Shown: positions 9,984 through 18,618, counted from the stretch's first letter. The stretch: 64,000 nt of DNA from a virus (IMGVR_UViG_2700989102_000001:32001-96000), one strand, 5' to 3'. Program-made: numbers and translations. The notes: generated by a model from the sequence alone, not told the origin.

Positions 9984-10147
9984 CAGGCACCTTCGACGGG
10001 GAGCAGTTCCGTGGTGGGGACGACGCCAGTAACCCCATGCGGGTTCCATGCCACTAGAGCGCTGAGTCCCGTGGTGGCTTTAACTGTTCCTGTGCGTCCG
10101 TCTGTGTGGCGGACAAGGTCACCAGGACGGAAAGATATGTTCTTCAT
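9983..10147 (-). CDS. Small SH3-like hypothetical protein (not in ORF track)
   Basis: MKNISFRPGDLVRHTDGRTGTVKATTGLSALVAW..., GGAG RBS; paralog at 58180-58341. Confidence 0.7.
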   Translation of the reverse strand: MKNISFRPGDLVRHTDGRTGTVKATTGLSALVAWNPHGVTGVVPTTELLPVEGA

Positions 10148-10205
10148 GGGTTACTCCGGTTTAGTGTGTGGCTTCATAAAGAAGAAATGAAGGCCAGATC
10201 CCAAC

Positions 10206-10472
10206 TTATTTCCCTCCCGTGGCGCTCGGGCTGGGCCAGTTGACAAACTGCTCGAGGAGATCGTAGTGACTCACCACTTCACCCTGCTTGCCGAGGTAGA
10301 TGATCCCCGTCCAGCGCGCCTTCCAGTTCTCGCCGTAGTCAACCGCCACGGGGAGGAAGTCCTCGCCGCTCTGGCGAAGATAGTCGTTCGCCTCTGCGCG
10401 GTCTTCCGTGGTAAACAGAACTTCGTCATAGCCCTTGCTGTAGACCGTGATGATCACGCTTGCGGTCATCAT
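10206..10472 (-). CDS. Hypothetical protein
   Basis: 88 aa, coupled start/stop. Confidence 0.65.
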   Translation of the reverse strand: MMTASVIITVYSKGYDEVLFTTEDRAEANDYLRQSGEDFLPVAVDYGENWKARWTGIIYLGKQGEVVSHYDLLEQFVNWPSPSATGGK

Positions 10473-10621
10473 TCATCACCCCCGAGGAGTTCGCGCTCCC
10501 ATTCGGCCGTCTCGAAGTGGTAGATGTTCTCTAGGCAGCCGTACCCGTCCGGGTCGCCGGGCTCGCGCTCTCGGCGATCGCCGCCGCAGTGGCTACAGAA
10601 GGGCCCGTACTCGTAGGTCAT
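10469..10621 (-). CDS. Small Cys-rich protein
   Basis: MTYEYGPFCSHCGGDR...GYGCLENIYH; ATGA overlap; paralog at 11692-11871. Confidence 0.7.
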   Translation of the reverse strand: MTYEYGPFCSHCGGDRREREPGDPDGYGCLENIYHFETAEWERELLGGDE

Positions 10622-11034
10622 TCCACCACCTGCACAACCCGGGCGCTCAACTGCCCATCGGGGGTGCTGCAATACTCCCAGTCGCCGAGTTGGCTCCACT
10701 TGTCGCCGACCATGTCGAAGTTGCCGACCTTGCCGTCGTCGCACCCCAGAACTTCGTACACCACGGTGAAGCGCATGGTTTCCGGGAGGATCGGCCCGTT
10801 GTACCGGGGGTCGATTTTGAATCGGACATTGCATCCGGCCGAGCCGTAGCACTGCCGTTCGATGACGTTGACGCCGACCTGGAAATCCCCAGGCACGGGG
10901 AGACTAGCCTCCTCAACAACGACTGCGGGAGTAGTGGTCGCGGGGGAGCCCGCGGCGATCGGTTTACCGTCGACCGGGACGCACGCCACGCCGAAGAGTG
11001 CGGTCGTTGCGATTACTGTTGCGATGCGTAGCAT
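10618..11034 (-). CDS. Lipoprotein
   Basis: Signal peptide with lipobox-like FGVAC; ERQCYGSAGCNV motif. Confidence 0.75.
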   Translation of the reverse strand: MLRIATVIATTALFGVACVPVDGKPIAAGSPATTTPAVVVEEASLPVPGDFQVGVNVIERQCYGSAGCNVRFKIDPRYNGPILPETMRFTVVYEVLGCDDGKVGNFDMVGDKWSQLGDWEYCSTPDGQLSARVVQVVE

Positions 11035-11093
11035 GGTGCTTGCCTTTCATTGAGGGCGTGGGCGGGCGGTTCTTGACGGGGCGGCCCGCCCAC

Positions 11094-11255
11094 TTACAGG
11101 TACATCCCCAAGAGGGGTTCTGGTTCCTTGATGGGCTCAAGGTGCTCGTCGAGGTATTCGGCGGTCAGTCGATTGGTGACAACGGCGCTGGCGACCAGAA
11201 CCCGCCGGGCGAACTGCCGAGTCACGGGAAATGTCAGACGATGGGCGATATCCAT
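11094..11255 (-). CDS. Small hypothetical protein (not in ORF track)
   Basis: 53 aa ORF starting 2 nt after lsr2 stop. Confidence 0.5.
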   Translation of the reverse strand: MDIAHRLTFPVTRQFARRVLVASAVVTNRLTAEYLDEHLEPIKEPEPLLGMYL

Positions 11256-11257
11256 GA

Positions 11258-11608
11258 CTACCCCGCGTGTGAGAACTGCGGATGGGCCTCTTCGAAGGCG
11301 TTGACAATATCCCGGGGGATGCGCCCGCGGTCGGACACCTTCTTGCCGCTGCGCCGCGCCCAGTCCCGGATGGCGGACAGCTGGTCGGCCTTGTCGGTGG
11401 GCGACACCTTGGCCTTGGGCTTGGGAGCGGCCTTCTTGCTGCCGTGGACCTTGCGGGCGGATTCGATGAAGCCGGCGAGGGCCTTTTCCAGCTCCTCGTA
11501 GGTGGAGTCGACGAGGTCGATCTCGTAGGCCTCGCCCTCGATGGAGAATCGGCGCGTCTTTGCGCCCTCGTCTCCCGTGATGTCATCCACTAGCACCGTC
11601 TTGATCAT
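11258..11608 (-). CDS. lsr2: Lsr2-like nucleoid-associated protein
   Basis: LVDDITG..FSIEG..YEIDL N-domain; IRDWAR..G..VSDRGRIP AT-hook C-domain; AAGGAG RBS. Confidence 0.95.
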   Translation of the reverse strand: MIKTVLVDDITGDEGAKTRRFSIEGEAYEIDLVDSTYEELEKALAGFIESARKVHGSKKAAPKPKAKVSPTDKADQLSAIRDWARRSGKKVSDRGRIPRDIVNAFEEAHPQFSHAG

Positions 11609-11691
11609 GTCATCTCCTTCGGATAACGGATTGGTTATCTAGAAAGATATAGACCTATCGAGAAGGCGTCAACCTAAATCTTGCTGAGAGA

Positions 11692-11871
11692 TTAATCCTC
11701 ACCCCGATGATCGGCCATACAGTCCTCGGGGCAATTCTCGTCGCATCCGCAGCCGAGGGCGTCTTCGGAGTGATAGATGTTCTCTAAGCATCCATATCCG
11801 TCGAGGTCGGCGGGCTCGCGCCTGCCCCGATCTCCGCCGCAGTGACTGCAGAAGGGGGAGTATTCAATCAC
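11692..11871 (-). CDS. Small Cys-rich protein (not in ORF track)
   Basis: MIEYSPFCSHCGGDRGRREPADLDGYGCLENIYH...; GTGA overlap. Confidence 0.7.
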   Translation of the reverse strand: MIEYSPFCSHCGGDRGRREPADLDGYGCLENIYHSEDALGCGCDENCPEDCMADHRGED

Positions 11872-12014
11872 TTCTCCGCCGCCTCGCTATCGTGATATTC
11901 CTTGACCTCCGCCATGGACATCTGCTTCAGGCAACCGCAGGTCCACACGCCGTCCATAACCTCCCAGTCGAAGCCTCCGCAGCGAGAGCATGTGACATTC
12001 CGGGTCCAGCTCAC
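11868..12014 (-). CDS. Small zinc-ribbon-like protein
   Basis: CSRCGG...WTCGC; coupled GTGA overlap. Confidence 0.6.
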   Translation of the reverse strand: MSWTRNVTCSRCGGFDWEVMDGVWTCGCLKQMSMAEVKEYHDSEAAEK

Positions 12015-12229
12015 CGGCGCTTCTCTTCCCAGACGATATTGCCCTCGGCGTCTTCCACGGCGTCGGGTTCCCATTCGCCGGCGAGATCGAAGTCTCTGGC
12101 GCACTGGTGACATAGCGAGCCCGGAAGCTCGTCCCATGCCCTGTCGATAGCCTCGCTGTAATCCTCGGCCTCAACCCGCTTCACCACGGTGCCGACGGCT
12201 TGCGCAAACCAGACGGTGTATTCGTTCAT
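12011..12229 (-). CDS. Hypothetical protein
   Basis: AAGGA RBS, 72 aa. Confidence 0.65.
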   Translation of the reverse strand: MNEYTVWFAQAVGTVVKRVEAEDYSEAIDRAWDELPGSLCHQCARDFDLAGEWEPDAVEDAEGNIVWEEKRR

Positions 12230-12263
12230 TGCTTTCCTTTACGTTCCGGTGCGGCCTTCTGGC

Positions 12264-12464
12264 TCATCCCAGCGGCCTCACTTTCGCGCTCTTCACCGCC
12301 ACCGTCTGATACGGAGACATCCGGGAAGTAATGGCGCCGTAGTCCGCCTCGGGGTCCACTTTGATCGTGCAGAACACCCAGCCGCGCTCAACTTTCTCGA
12401 CGTGGCCCCGGTGTTCTAGGCCTTCAAATTCGACGATGACGTCATCGCCAGGCTTGGGGGTCAC
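12264..12464 (-). CDS. Small SH3/tudor-like hypothetical protein
   Basis: PKPGDDVIVEFEGLEHRGHVEKV. Confidence 0.65.
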   Translation of the reverse strand: MTPKPGDDVIVEFEGLEHRGHVEKVERGWVFCTIKVDPEADYGAITSRMSPYQTVAVKSAKVRPLG

Positions 12465-12634
12465 GCCTTCTCCAAAAGTCGGGTGAGATCGGCGCGCACC
12501 GACCGGTAAGCATCGTCCAGCGCGCTGATCGCGTTGGTGACGGTTGTGTAGGTGATGTCGGGTATCTCGACGGACACATGCGGGCCATAACCCGCCCCGT
12601 AGAACTCGTGCTTGTTGAATACGTGCCTGTTCAC
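12461..12634 (-). CDS. Hypothetical protein (not in ORF track)
   Basis: 57 aa ORF exactly filling the gap with GTGA overlaps at both ends. Confidence 0.6.
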   Translation of the reverse strand: MNRHVFNKHEFYGAGYGPHVSVEIPDITYTTVTNAISALDDAYRSVRADLTRLLEKA

Positions 12635-13008
12635 AGTTCTTGCTCCCGCCAGTTAGGGTTGGCCGCCTCTACCGCGGCCGAGAAGTCTGCCAATTCGCCC
12701 CGCATCCACTCTGCGATCTCGCCATCGCGGCTGTAGTGCTTGAAGCGCTTGCCCGGGCGGGTGGCGGCCATCCAGCACGTCTTATCGGAGAACAGGTCCA
12801 GGTGGACCGAGCGGTCGCCGCCGCGCCAATAGAACGTCAGGTCCCCGTTGTCCGGCGCAATCGAGGCGTACACAGTATCCGGGGTGAAAAGCTGCTCCAC
12901 CACCTTGTAGCCCCACTGAGCCGTGTGCAGGCCGATGTGCCCGCCACTCCAGAGGTTGGCGATATCCAACTTGGCCCGCTCGGTAGCGGAGCGTGTATCA
13001 AGCTTCAT
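12631..13008 (-). CDS. Hypothetical protein
   Basis: ATGA-coupled ORF in leftward operon. Confidence 0.65.
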   Translation of the reverse strand: MKLDTRSATERAKLDIANLWSGGHIGLHTAQWGYKVVEQLFTPDTVYASIAPDNGDLTFYWRGGDRSVHLDLFSDKTCWMAATRPGKRFKHYSRDGEIAEWMRGELADFSAAVEAANPNWREQEL

Positions 13009-13247
13009 GATTCCCCCGGCTCGAGGATCAGATGGGCCACCCCGGCGTCCGAGCGGTCGGGGATGTAGATGGACATCTCGGTCACGTAATAGACGGGCTC
13101 TTTTGAGCCCGGCCTGGCCGACACGTGCCACCCGCTATGGCCTTCGCGGCCGACGCAGAACACCTTCCCAACGCGATCATTGGACTCGAATCCGCAGTGC
13201 TGGAGGTCGGCGACGCGCGGGCGCCCCTCCTTTAGGCGATGCTTCAT
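13005..13247 (-). CDS. Hypothetical protein
   Basis: ATGA-coupled ORF. Confidence 0.6.
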   Translation of the reverse strand: MKHRLKEGRPRVADLQHCGFESNDRVGKVFCVGREGHSGWHVSARPGSKEPVYYVTEMSIYIPDRSDAGVAHLILEPGES

Positions 13248-13534
13248 TCGACTACCCTCCAGCCGTCGATGTAGGGAGCCTTCAGCCGGGCGACATTGTC
13301 CTCGCCGTTGACCCCCACTGACCTCGGCAGCTTGACCACCGCGTAGCGCTCGGCATCTAGATCGGCCAGGATCACGTCAGCCGCGGCGCGGCGCACCTCA
13401 TCACTCCACCCGGCGAGAAGTCCAAGGTTGCGCAGTGTGCGGGCAATACTTTCGGACGCCCCGACATCAATGAAGTCTGGGCGAGGATTGGAGCGCAGCA
13501 TATCCTCGATCCATTCGCCTAACTCACTCATCAC
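13244..13534 (-). CDS. Hypothetical protein
   Basis: Coupled ORF; YAVVKLP motif. Confidence 0.6.
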   Translation of the reverse strand: MMSELGEWIEDMLRSNPRPDFIDVGASESIARTLRNLGLLAGWSDEVRRAAADVILADLDAERYAVVKLPRSVGVNGEDNVARLKAPYIDGWRVVE

Positions 13535-13724
13535 TCACCACGTATCCACGTTTGAAGAAGGCCGTCCGGACAATCTGCTCGGCAAGGTGAATCCCATGGG
13601 CCCGGCTGGAGTGGTTTCGAGAAACCTCGAAGGTGCCGGCGTCACATGTGGACTCGGCCTTGTCCATCTCGGCATTCCAGAGTTTGTCGAGTTCGGTCAT
13701 GATCTCTTTGAGAATGTCGTTCAC
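13524..13724 (-). CDS. Hypothetical protein
   Basis: GTG start after GGAG, overlapping upstream stop. Confidence 0.55.
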   Translation of the reverse strand: MNDILKEIMTELDKLWNAEMDKAESTCDAGTFEVSRNHSSRAHGIHLAEQIVRTAFFKRGYVVSDE

Positions 13725-13936
13725 TTCAACTCCTTGATCTGGCCCCGCCACTCGCACGCGGTAAACCATTCCTGAAGGCTGTCGACAAACTCTTCCGCCT
13801 CTTCTTGCCCCATGAGATGGAATTCGGCGGTGACGGAAACGGTGCGCCCACTGAGAAGTGATCTGCCCTCGGGGCCCAATTCCCGGAGGTGACACCAGGT
13901 GAGGTACCACTCGCGGAGATGGTTGAAGATGTTCAT
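13721..13936 (-). CDS. Hypothetical protein
   Basis: ATGA-coupled ORF. Confidence 0.55.
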   Translation of the reverse strand: MNIFNHLREWYLTWCHLRELGPEGRSLLSGRTVSVTAEFHLMGQEEAEEFVDSLQEWFTACEWRGQIKELK

Positions 13937-14208
13937 GAATTCTCTTTCCCGCAGGTGTGAGGATAGGGCGGCGCGCCGCTCCAACCCTCTGGATTGGGTT
14001 CAGACTGCACAACCGACCCGACATCGCTGGGCAGATCGTCGGTGTTGACCTCTACCCACCACAGTCCAGGCTGCCCAGGTATGGCCTCGCGCCGGACAAG
14101 GATGCCGCCGCTATGCGACTGGAACTGGAGTGCATCCTCTAGGCTGTCGTGCTCCTGAATCCACTCGCCCCCTCCGGGACGCGGTTGCTTCAGTGCGTAG
14201 ACGCTCAT
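13933..14208 (-). CDS. Hypothetical protein
   Basis: MSVYALKQPRPGGGEWIQEHDSL; coupled. Confidence 0.6.
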   Translation of the reverse strand: MSVYALKQPRPGGGEWIQEHDSLEDALQFQSHSGGILVRREAIPGQPGLWWVEVNTDDLPSDVGSVVQSEPNPEGWSGAPPYPHTCGKENS

Positions 14209-14324
14209 TTGTGGTGTCCTTTGCAGTCGGTGGAATGCTCGGCACGGGGCTGGAAACACGCCGGACAAACAGGGCTCTCAACGAGGAAACGACCCTGGGC
14301 GGCGAGAATCACGGACAGGGTCAT
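14205..14324 (-). CDS. Small Cys/His protein (not in ORF track)
   Basis: MTLSVILAAQGRFLVESPVCPACFQPRAEHSTDCKGHHK; ATGA overlaps both ends. Confidence 0.6.
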   Translation of the reverse strand: MTLSVILAAQGRFLVESPVCPACFQPRAEHSTDCKGHHK

Positions 14325-14638
14325 TGGTTCTGCACCGCCTGCGCGCCTGCCCTGATTCCGTTCAGATACGTCCATGCCGAGTCATACGAGTGCGGCCCAG
14401 ACGCTGACGAAGTAGCGCCATAGCGCAAATGGACCGAGTAACACCCCGTCTGCTGGACCCCGCCGATCGAGTAGTTCGCTTCATGCACCGTCACGGAAAG
14501 TCCTGTCTGATCCCGGATAAGGGCGGCACTCCACCGCAGCTTCACCAGATCAGGCCATGTCTGGTCGAATTCCGGTTCCGGGGTGTGTCCGTGCTCTGTT
14601 CGGATCATGCGGGCGTTTTCGACTTCTTCGAAGCTCAT
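14321..14638 (-). CDS. Hypothetical protein
   Basis: 105 aa coupled ORF. Confidence 0.6.
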   Translation of the reverse strand: MSFEEVENARMIRTEHGHTPEPEFDQTWPDLVKLRWSAALIRDQTGLSVTVHEANYSIGGVQQTGCYSVHLRYGATSSASGPHSYDSAWTYLNGIRAGAQAVQNQ

Positions 14639-14693
14639 TGCTGGTCCCTTTCGGCTAGGTCGCGAGCTTGCTGCTCAGCGGACGGGAAATCCC

Positions 14694-14876
14694 TCACTGC
14701 ACAGCCTCCAGTCGATCCGCAGCCAATCGCAGCCAAGCAACGGCGCTGTCGCGGTACTCCCGCCAGTCCTCCCTGCCACGTCCGACTTCACGCCACATGC
14801 GAAGAGCAACTAACGCCGCGCGATACACGTCATCGCTGGCAAGCACCTCGGTCGATTCGATGGGTTGTTCAGGCAT
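14694..14876 (-). CDS. Hypothetical protein
   Basis: ATG after GGGGGA RBS. Confidence 0.55.
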   Translation of the reverse strand: MPEQPIESTEVLASDDVYRAALVALRMWREVGRGREDWREYRDSAVAWLRLAADRLEAVQ

Positions 14877-15312
14877 GGTTGTCTTCCCCCTCGGCCAGAA
14901 CAGCAGCAACGGGCACCTGATGGGGCTCGATACTGCCGTCGTCACGGACGTAGCGGTTGGTCCCGCACGCAGGGCATTTGGCGACCTCGCCGTCGCGGCT
15001 TAGAGTGCCGGGCTTGAACGGTTTCCCCGATCCCGCGCAGTCCTGCATCGTCACAGCCTCGGTGGGTTCGGGTAGTTGGATTACCGCCACACCCGGAAGA
15101 GACAGGATGACCTCGGCTAGGTGGTCCGCCGCGATCTCTTCGCCCAACACGACCCGATTAATCCCTTTGATCGGGAACGTGTTGCTCTTAAAGTCGCACC
15201 CGTGGCACTGCCACCACTGGATAGATTCCTCGTCCCATCCGGAACGTGAGCACTGGTAAACCTGATGCGCTTTGAGTGCTTCTGTGAGTACGTCACGTAA
15301 CTCGTGGGTCAT
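14869..15312 (-). CDS. Modular hypothetical protein (ELRDVLTEAL / LPGVAVIQLP family) with Cys motifs
   Basis: Shares exact DNA boxes with 19276-19677. Confidence 0.7.
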   Translation of the reverse strand: MTHELRDVLTEALKAHQVYQCSRSGWDEESIQWWQCHGCDFKSNTFPIKGINRVVLGEEIAADHLAEVILSLPGVAVIQLPEPTEAVTMQDCAGSGKPFKPGTLSRDGEVAKCPACGTNRYVRDDGSIEPHQVPVAAVLAEGEDNHA

Positions 15313-15536
15313 CGACCGCTCCTATGAATCTCCGCCGCCCGCGCTTTTGCAGCATTCAGCGTTGGCCAGTCCCCGCTCCACGGCTCCTCGGCGTCGGAGT
15401 CGTACAACTCCCAACGGTTCGATGTCGCGTTCTTTGGGTGAAGAATTTTCCACCGGCCATCATCGCTTTCGTAATTGAGATACGGCAGCCTTGAGGGTTC
15501 ACGTCGCCAGATAATCGGCATTTTCGGGTCTCTCAC
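15309..15536 (-). CDS. Hypothetical protein
   Basis: Coupled ORF. Confidence 0.6.
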   Translation of the reverse strand: MRDPKMPIIWRREPSRLPYLNYESDDGRWKILHPKNATSNRWELYDSDAEEPWSGDWPTLNAAKARAAEIHRSGR

Positions 15537-15871
15537 CGTTCCCCCTCGGCTACAACCGCAGCAGCGAGAAGAGCGGCGGCGAGTTCACGCGCCTCCCCGG
15601 GACTCATCGGCTCCTCCGGTTCGAGGTCGTAATCGAAATGAACCTCGCCGGGGTAGTCGTCCCACACGAGGACGCGGTGGAGCGCCACGCTGGGCCAGCC
15701 GACTGCGACCTCGTCCTCTTCGCGCTCTTCGGGTTCGGGTAGTTCTACTAGAGCGATACGGTTAGCCTCGAATGCCGCGAGGATGTTGCGCGCCTCGTCG
15801 TAGTCAAGCGCGGTGACATCTTCGTCATCCGCCAAGGCTTTGGCGATGGTGCCAAGAATTCGGTCACTCAT
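15533..15871 (-). CDS. Modular hypothetical protein (ANRIALVELPEP family)
   Basis: AGGAGG RBS; related to 19674-20018. Confidence 0.7.
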   Translation of the reverse strand: MSDRILGTIAKALADDEDVTALDYDEARNILAAFEANRIALVELPEPEEREEDEVAVGWPSVALHRVLVWDDYPGEVHFDYDLEPEEPMSPGEARELAAALLAAAVVAEGER

Positions 15872-16068
15872 CACGCCTCCTGAAATTGCTTCTTGAGCCA
15901 TTCCCTGGCTTCTTCACGCTGGACCATCACCCGCCGGCCGATCCGGGCGTAGCGCGGCCCGTACCCCACCTGCTTCCAGTACCGCACTGTGGCCAGGGGC
16001 ACTTGGGCCTCGCGGGCGAAGTCTTCGAGCGTCATCAACAACGGCTCGCTTGAACTGCTCTGCTCCAT
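15871..16068 (-). CDS. xis: Excisionase / recombination directionality factor (MerR/AlpA-type wHTH)
   Basis: LMTLEDFAREAQVPLATVRYWKQVGYGPRYARIGRRVM; divergent from integrase. Confidence 0.8.
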   Translation of the reverse strand: MEQSSSSEPLLMTLEDFAREAQVPLATVRYWKQVGYGPRYARIGRRVMVQREEAREWLKKQFQEA

Positions 16069-16144
16069 ACGCAACACTGTACTGCATTGAACTATAGCAT
16101 GGAACACACTGCAGTGATGAGATCCTGCAACAAAATGAGTTTTC

Positions 16145-17374
16145 ATGCATACGCTGTCCGGTATGCAGAACCGCACGCCGGGTCGGCGCGGAGTCACCGA
16201 CATGTGGTACCGCGACGACGGAACTCCCACCCAACTCGCGGCACCCGGAACCACGCCCAAGAACCCCTCCGGAAGCGGGGCCAGGTGGCGCGCCTGGTAC
16301 ATCGACACCGCCGGAAAGCAGCGCACCAAGAAGTTCCCCAACAAGAAGGGGGCGGAGCGGTGGGCCGACGACCAGGCCAACAAAATCAACACCGGGACAT
16401 GGGTCGCCCCCGAAGTCGCCTCGGAGACCTTCGCAACCGTGGCGGAAAAGTGGTACGCCACCAAGTCCAACCGGGAGGCGACCACCAAGCACGGCTACCG
16501 CAACATCCTCGACACCATCGTCCTGCCGAAGTGGGGTAAGGATTCGTTGGCCTCCATTGACCACGAGTCCCTACAGGACTGGATCAACGAGCTCTCCACC
16601 ACCAGTGAGTACCGGACCAAGGGCTCCGGGGGCTTCTCGGCCTCCAGGACCATCCAGATCCACCTGGTGATGAACGGGGTGCTGAAGTATGCCGTGCGAA
16701 CGGAGAGGATCACCAGGAACCCCGCAGAGGGGTTGGAACTGCCCACCAAGAAGAAGACCTCCCGGCAGCGGTACCTCACCCACGGTCAGCTACAGGAGTT
16801 CGCCGGCGAGATGGGACGCTTCGAGGGCCTAACCCTCCTACTGGGGTACTGCGGCGCCCGCACCAGCGAAGCCTTCGGCGCCAGGGGTAGGGACTTCCGA
16901 GGGAGGGTCTGGGAGCTGCACGGGGCAGTGGTGAGGAAGGTGGAGAAAGACACCAAGACGCACCGGGCCCGGTTCATCCCCGTCCCCGAGGTGGTGTGGA
17001 ACAAGCTCCAGATGCCCGCCAATCCCGATTCCCTGCTCTTCCCCGGCCGGAAGGGGCACATCACCACGGGGGAGTACCGCTGGGCCTTTGACAGGGCCCT
17101 GAGGGCGGTGCAGGAGCGTACGGAGAAGATCCGTCAGGAGGAGATCGCGTCAACAGGGAGAGCGGTGACGCCGGCGTTCCCCACCATCACGCCTCACGAC
17201 CTCCGGCACACCTGCGCATCGCTGGCCATCTCCTCGGGGGCCAACGTCAAGGCCGTCCAGAACCTCCTGGGGCACGCCACCGCAGTGATGACCCTCGATC
17301 TGTATGGGCACTTGCTGTCGGACGATCTCCAGCGGGTGATGGACGCCCTCGATGAAGCGGCGGCTGCGGCATGA
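16145..17374 (+). CDS. int: Tyrosine integrase
   Basis: R (CGARTSE), K (TKT), HDLRH, LLGH, Y (LDLYGH); N-terminal arm-binding WRAWYID. Confidence 0.97.
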   Translation: MHTLSGMQNRTPGRRGVTDMWYRDDGTPTQLAAPGTTPKNPSGSGARWRAWYIDTAGKQRTKKFPNKKGAERWADDQANKINTGTWVAPEVASETFATVAEKWYATKSNREATTKHGYRNILDTIVLPKWGKDSLASIDHESLQDWINELSTTSEYRTKGSGGFSASRTIQIHLVMNGVLKYAVRTERITRNPAEGLELPTKKKTSRQRYLTHGQLQEFAGEMGRFEGLTLLLGYCGARTSEAFGARGRDFRGRVWELHGAVVRKVEKDTKTHRARFIPVPEVVWNKLQMPANPDSLLFPGRKGHITTGEYRWAFDRALRAVQERTEKIRQEEIASTGRAVTPAFPTITPHDLRHTCASLAISSGANVKAVQNLLGHATAVMTLDLYGHLLSDDLQRVMDALDEAAAAA

Positions 17375-17391
17375 CCTGGGCGAATGGAAGA

Positions 17392-17636
17392 GCCATGGTG
17401 CGTACTATCTGCATACGGCCCCTCGGTGTGTACGGCCTCCGGGGTGAAAAACCCCCTCTGACCAGTGCCCTCGGTGAGATTCGAACTCACACTGTACGGG
17501 TTTTGAATCCTTTGCTCTCGCATTTTCTACCTGCGGGATTGCAGATCCTCAACACTGTTTCCGCAGGTTGAGTAGATGACGAGTGGTGACTGTTGCGAGT
17601 GGGCGAGCGCCATGGTGCATACGGCCTGCATACGAT
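17392..17636. promoter_or_regulatory. Integrase arm-type binding sites flanking attP core
   Basis: GCCATGGTGCGTACTATCTGCATACGG (~17392) and GCCATGGTGCATACGGCCTGCATACGA (~17609): paired TGCATACG-like direct repeats on each side of the core. Confidence 0.65.
17465..17510 (-). other. attP common core: 3' half of mycobacterial tRNA-Leu(CAA)
   Basis: Reverse complement GGATTCAAAACCCGTACAGTGTGAGTTCGAATCTCACCGAGGGCAC = anticodon loop TTCAAAA, T-arm and acceptor strand; ~90 bp after int. Confidence 0.9.
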
Positions 17637-18060
17637 GCGAGGGTTCTGCGGAGCGTCGCCGGGGCGAGGGCTGAACGATGGGCGCGGGCTAGCAAACTGT
17701 TTGCCGGGGTCACAGAAGCCCCCAGAAGGCTCGAACACCCTTTCGAGGGGTATTCACCTAGGGCTGGCCTGAAAGTCCGCCTACGGCCCATCCGTGGGGC
17801 GGGGAATCGGCATCCCCGGCTTGAGGGTCGAGCCGCGCGCAGGCCTAGAAGCACCTGTAAAAGATTAGATAGAAAAACAATGTTTCCTGATCTCTGGTTC
17901 TCAAGCCGACCACAAGCCCAACCGGACCCTACGTCGGAACAACCTCTCGACGGCCGCCGTCAGGCGGCTACGGAAGTGCCCCCACCGCCCCATGTTGACC
18001 GGGATGAGACCCCGGTCACAGGAAACATTTGCGGGTTTTTCCCGTTCCGTAAGGGATTCT

Positions 18061-18150
18061 TGTAACAGGACCTGTCACGCAGTCTGTCACGCACCTTGTC
18101 ACGCACCTTGTCACGCGTGACACAGGATAAGGATAAGGATAAGGATCTAG
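18061..18150. repeat. Iteron-like 12-bp-period repeats followed by AGGATA hexamer repeats (putative origin)
   Basis: TGTCACGC at 18073, 18085, 18097, 18109; palindrome TGTCACGCGTGACA 18109-18122; AGGATA x3 from 18124. Confidence 0.8.
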
Positions 18151-18225
18151 GAGCCTAGGATGAGGCTCCAGGATTTTTAGGATCAGGTCCAGGTTCAGGT
18201 TGAGGATCGGGACTAGGAGCGAAAA

Positions 18226-18618
18226 TTGGATCTCAGCGATATCGACGGTACCGCGTTGGACACACGTCTGAAGCACACCGTCTTGACCGACATGATCTTG
18301 CAGGACGAGCTGTCCGGGGAAGAGTTTCGGGACTTCATCAACCTGTTGGTGTGGTCGGTGTCTTTGGTGAGCGATGGGGCGTTCAGTAGCCGCGCTGCCA
18401 TGCGCATCGCACACCTCCCCAAGGAATCGTTGGAGAGGTTCTGCGAGTTGGGGTTGGTGAGCGATCGGGGCGACCACTACCGGATCGGGGATCGGTTCTG
18501 GAAGTGGCAGAGTTCCCGGGCCGACCTGGAGCAGCTGGCCCGCCGGCGCGCAAGCGCCCGTGAACGGCAGAAGGAGAAGCGCACACGGGAGGCCAGCGGC
18601 CTGCAGGTGGTGCAATGA
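18226..18618 (+). CDS. Short RepA-like replication initiator domain protein
   Basis: WS..VSDG.F...L..LGLV...DHYRI..FWKWQSS...RR...RERQ pattern resembles actinophage Rep N-terminal domain; AGGAG RBS, TTG start. Confidence 0.55.
   Translation: MDLSDIDGTALDTRLKHTVLTDMILQDELSGEEFRDFINLLVWSVSLVSDGAFSSRAAMRIAHLPKESLERFCELGLVSDRGDHYRIGDRFWKWQSSRADLEQLARRRASARERQKEKRTREASGLQVVQ

Noticed and set aside
17465-17510. Intact tRNA-Leu gene
   Set aside because: Only the 3' half is present; it is the attP core
18061-18150. CRISPR array
   Set aside because: Repeats are 8 bp at a 12 bp period with no unique spacers, and there is no cas operon; the Cas4-like gene is an ordinary phage exonuclease
18016-18615. 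199 aa reverse-strand ORF with PYPYP/VTRC repeats
   Set aside because: Antisense to the better-supported + strand gene; low complexity is explained by the DNA repeats
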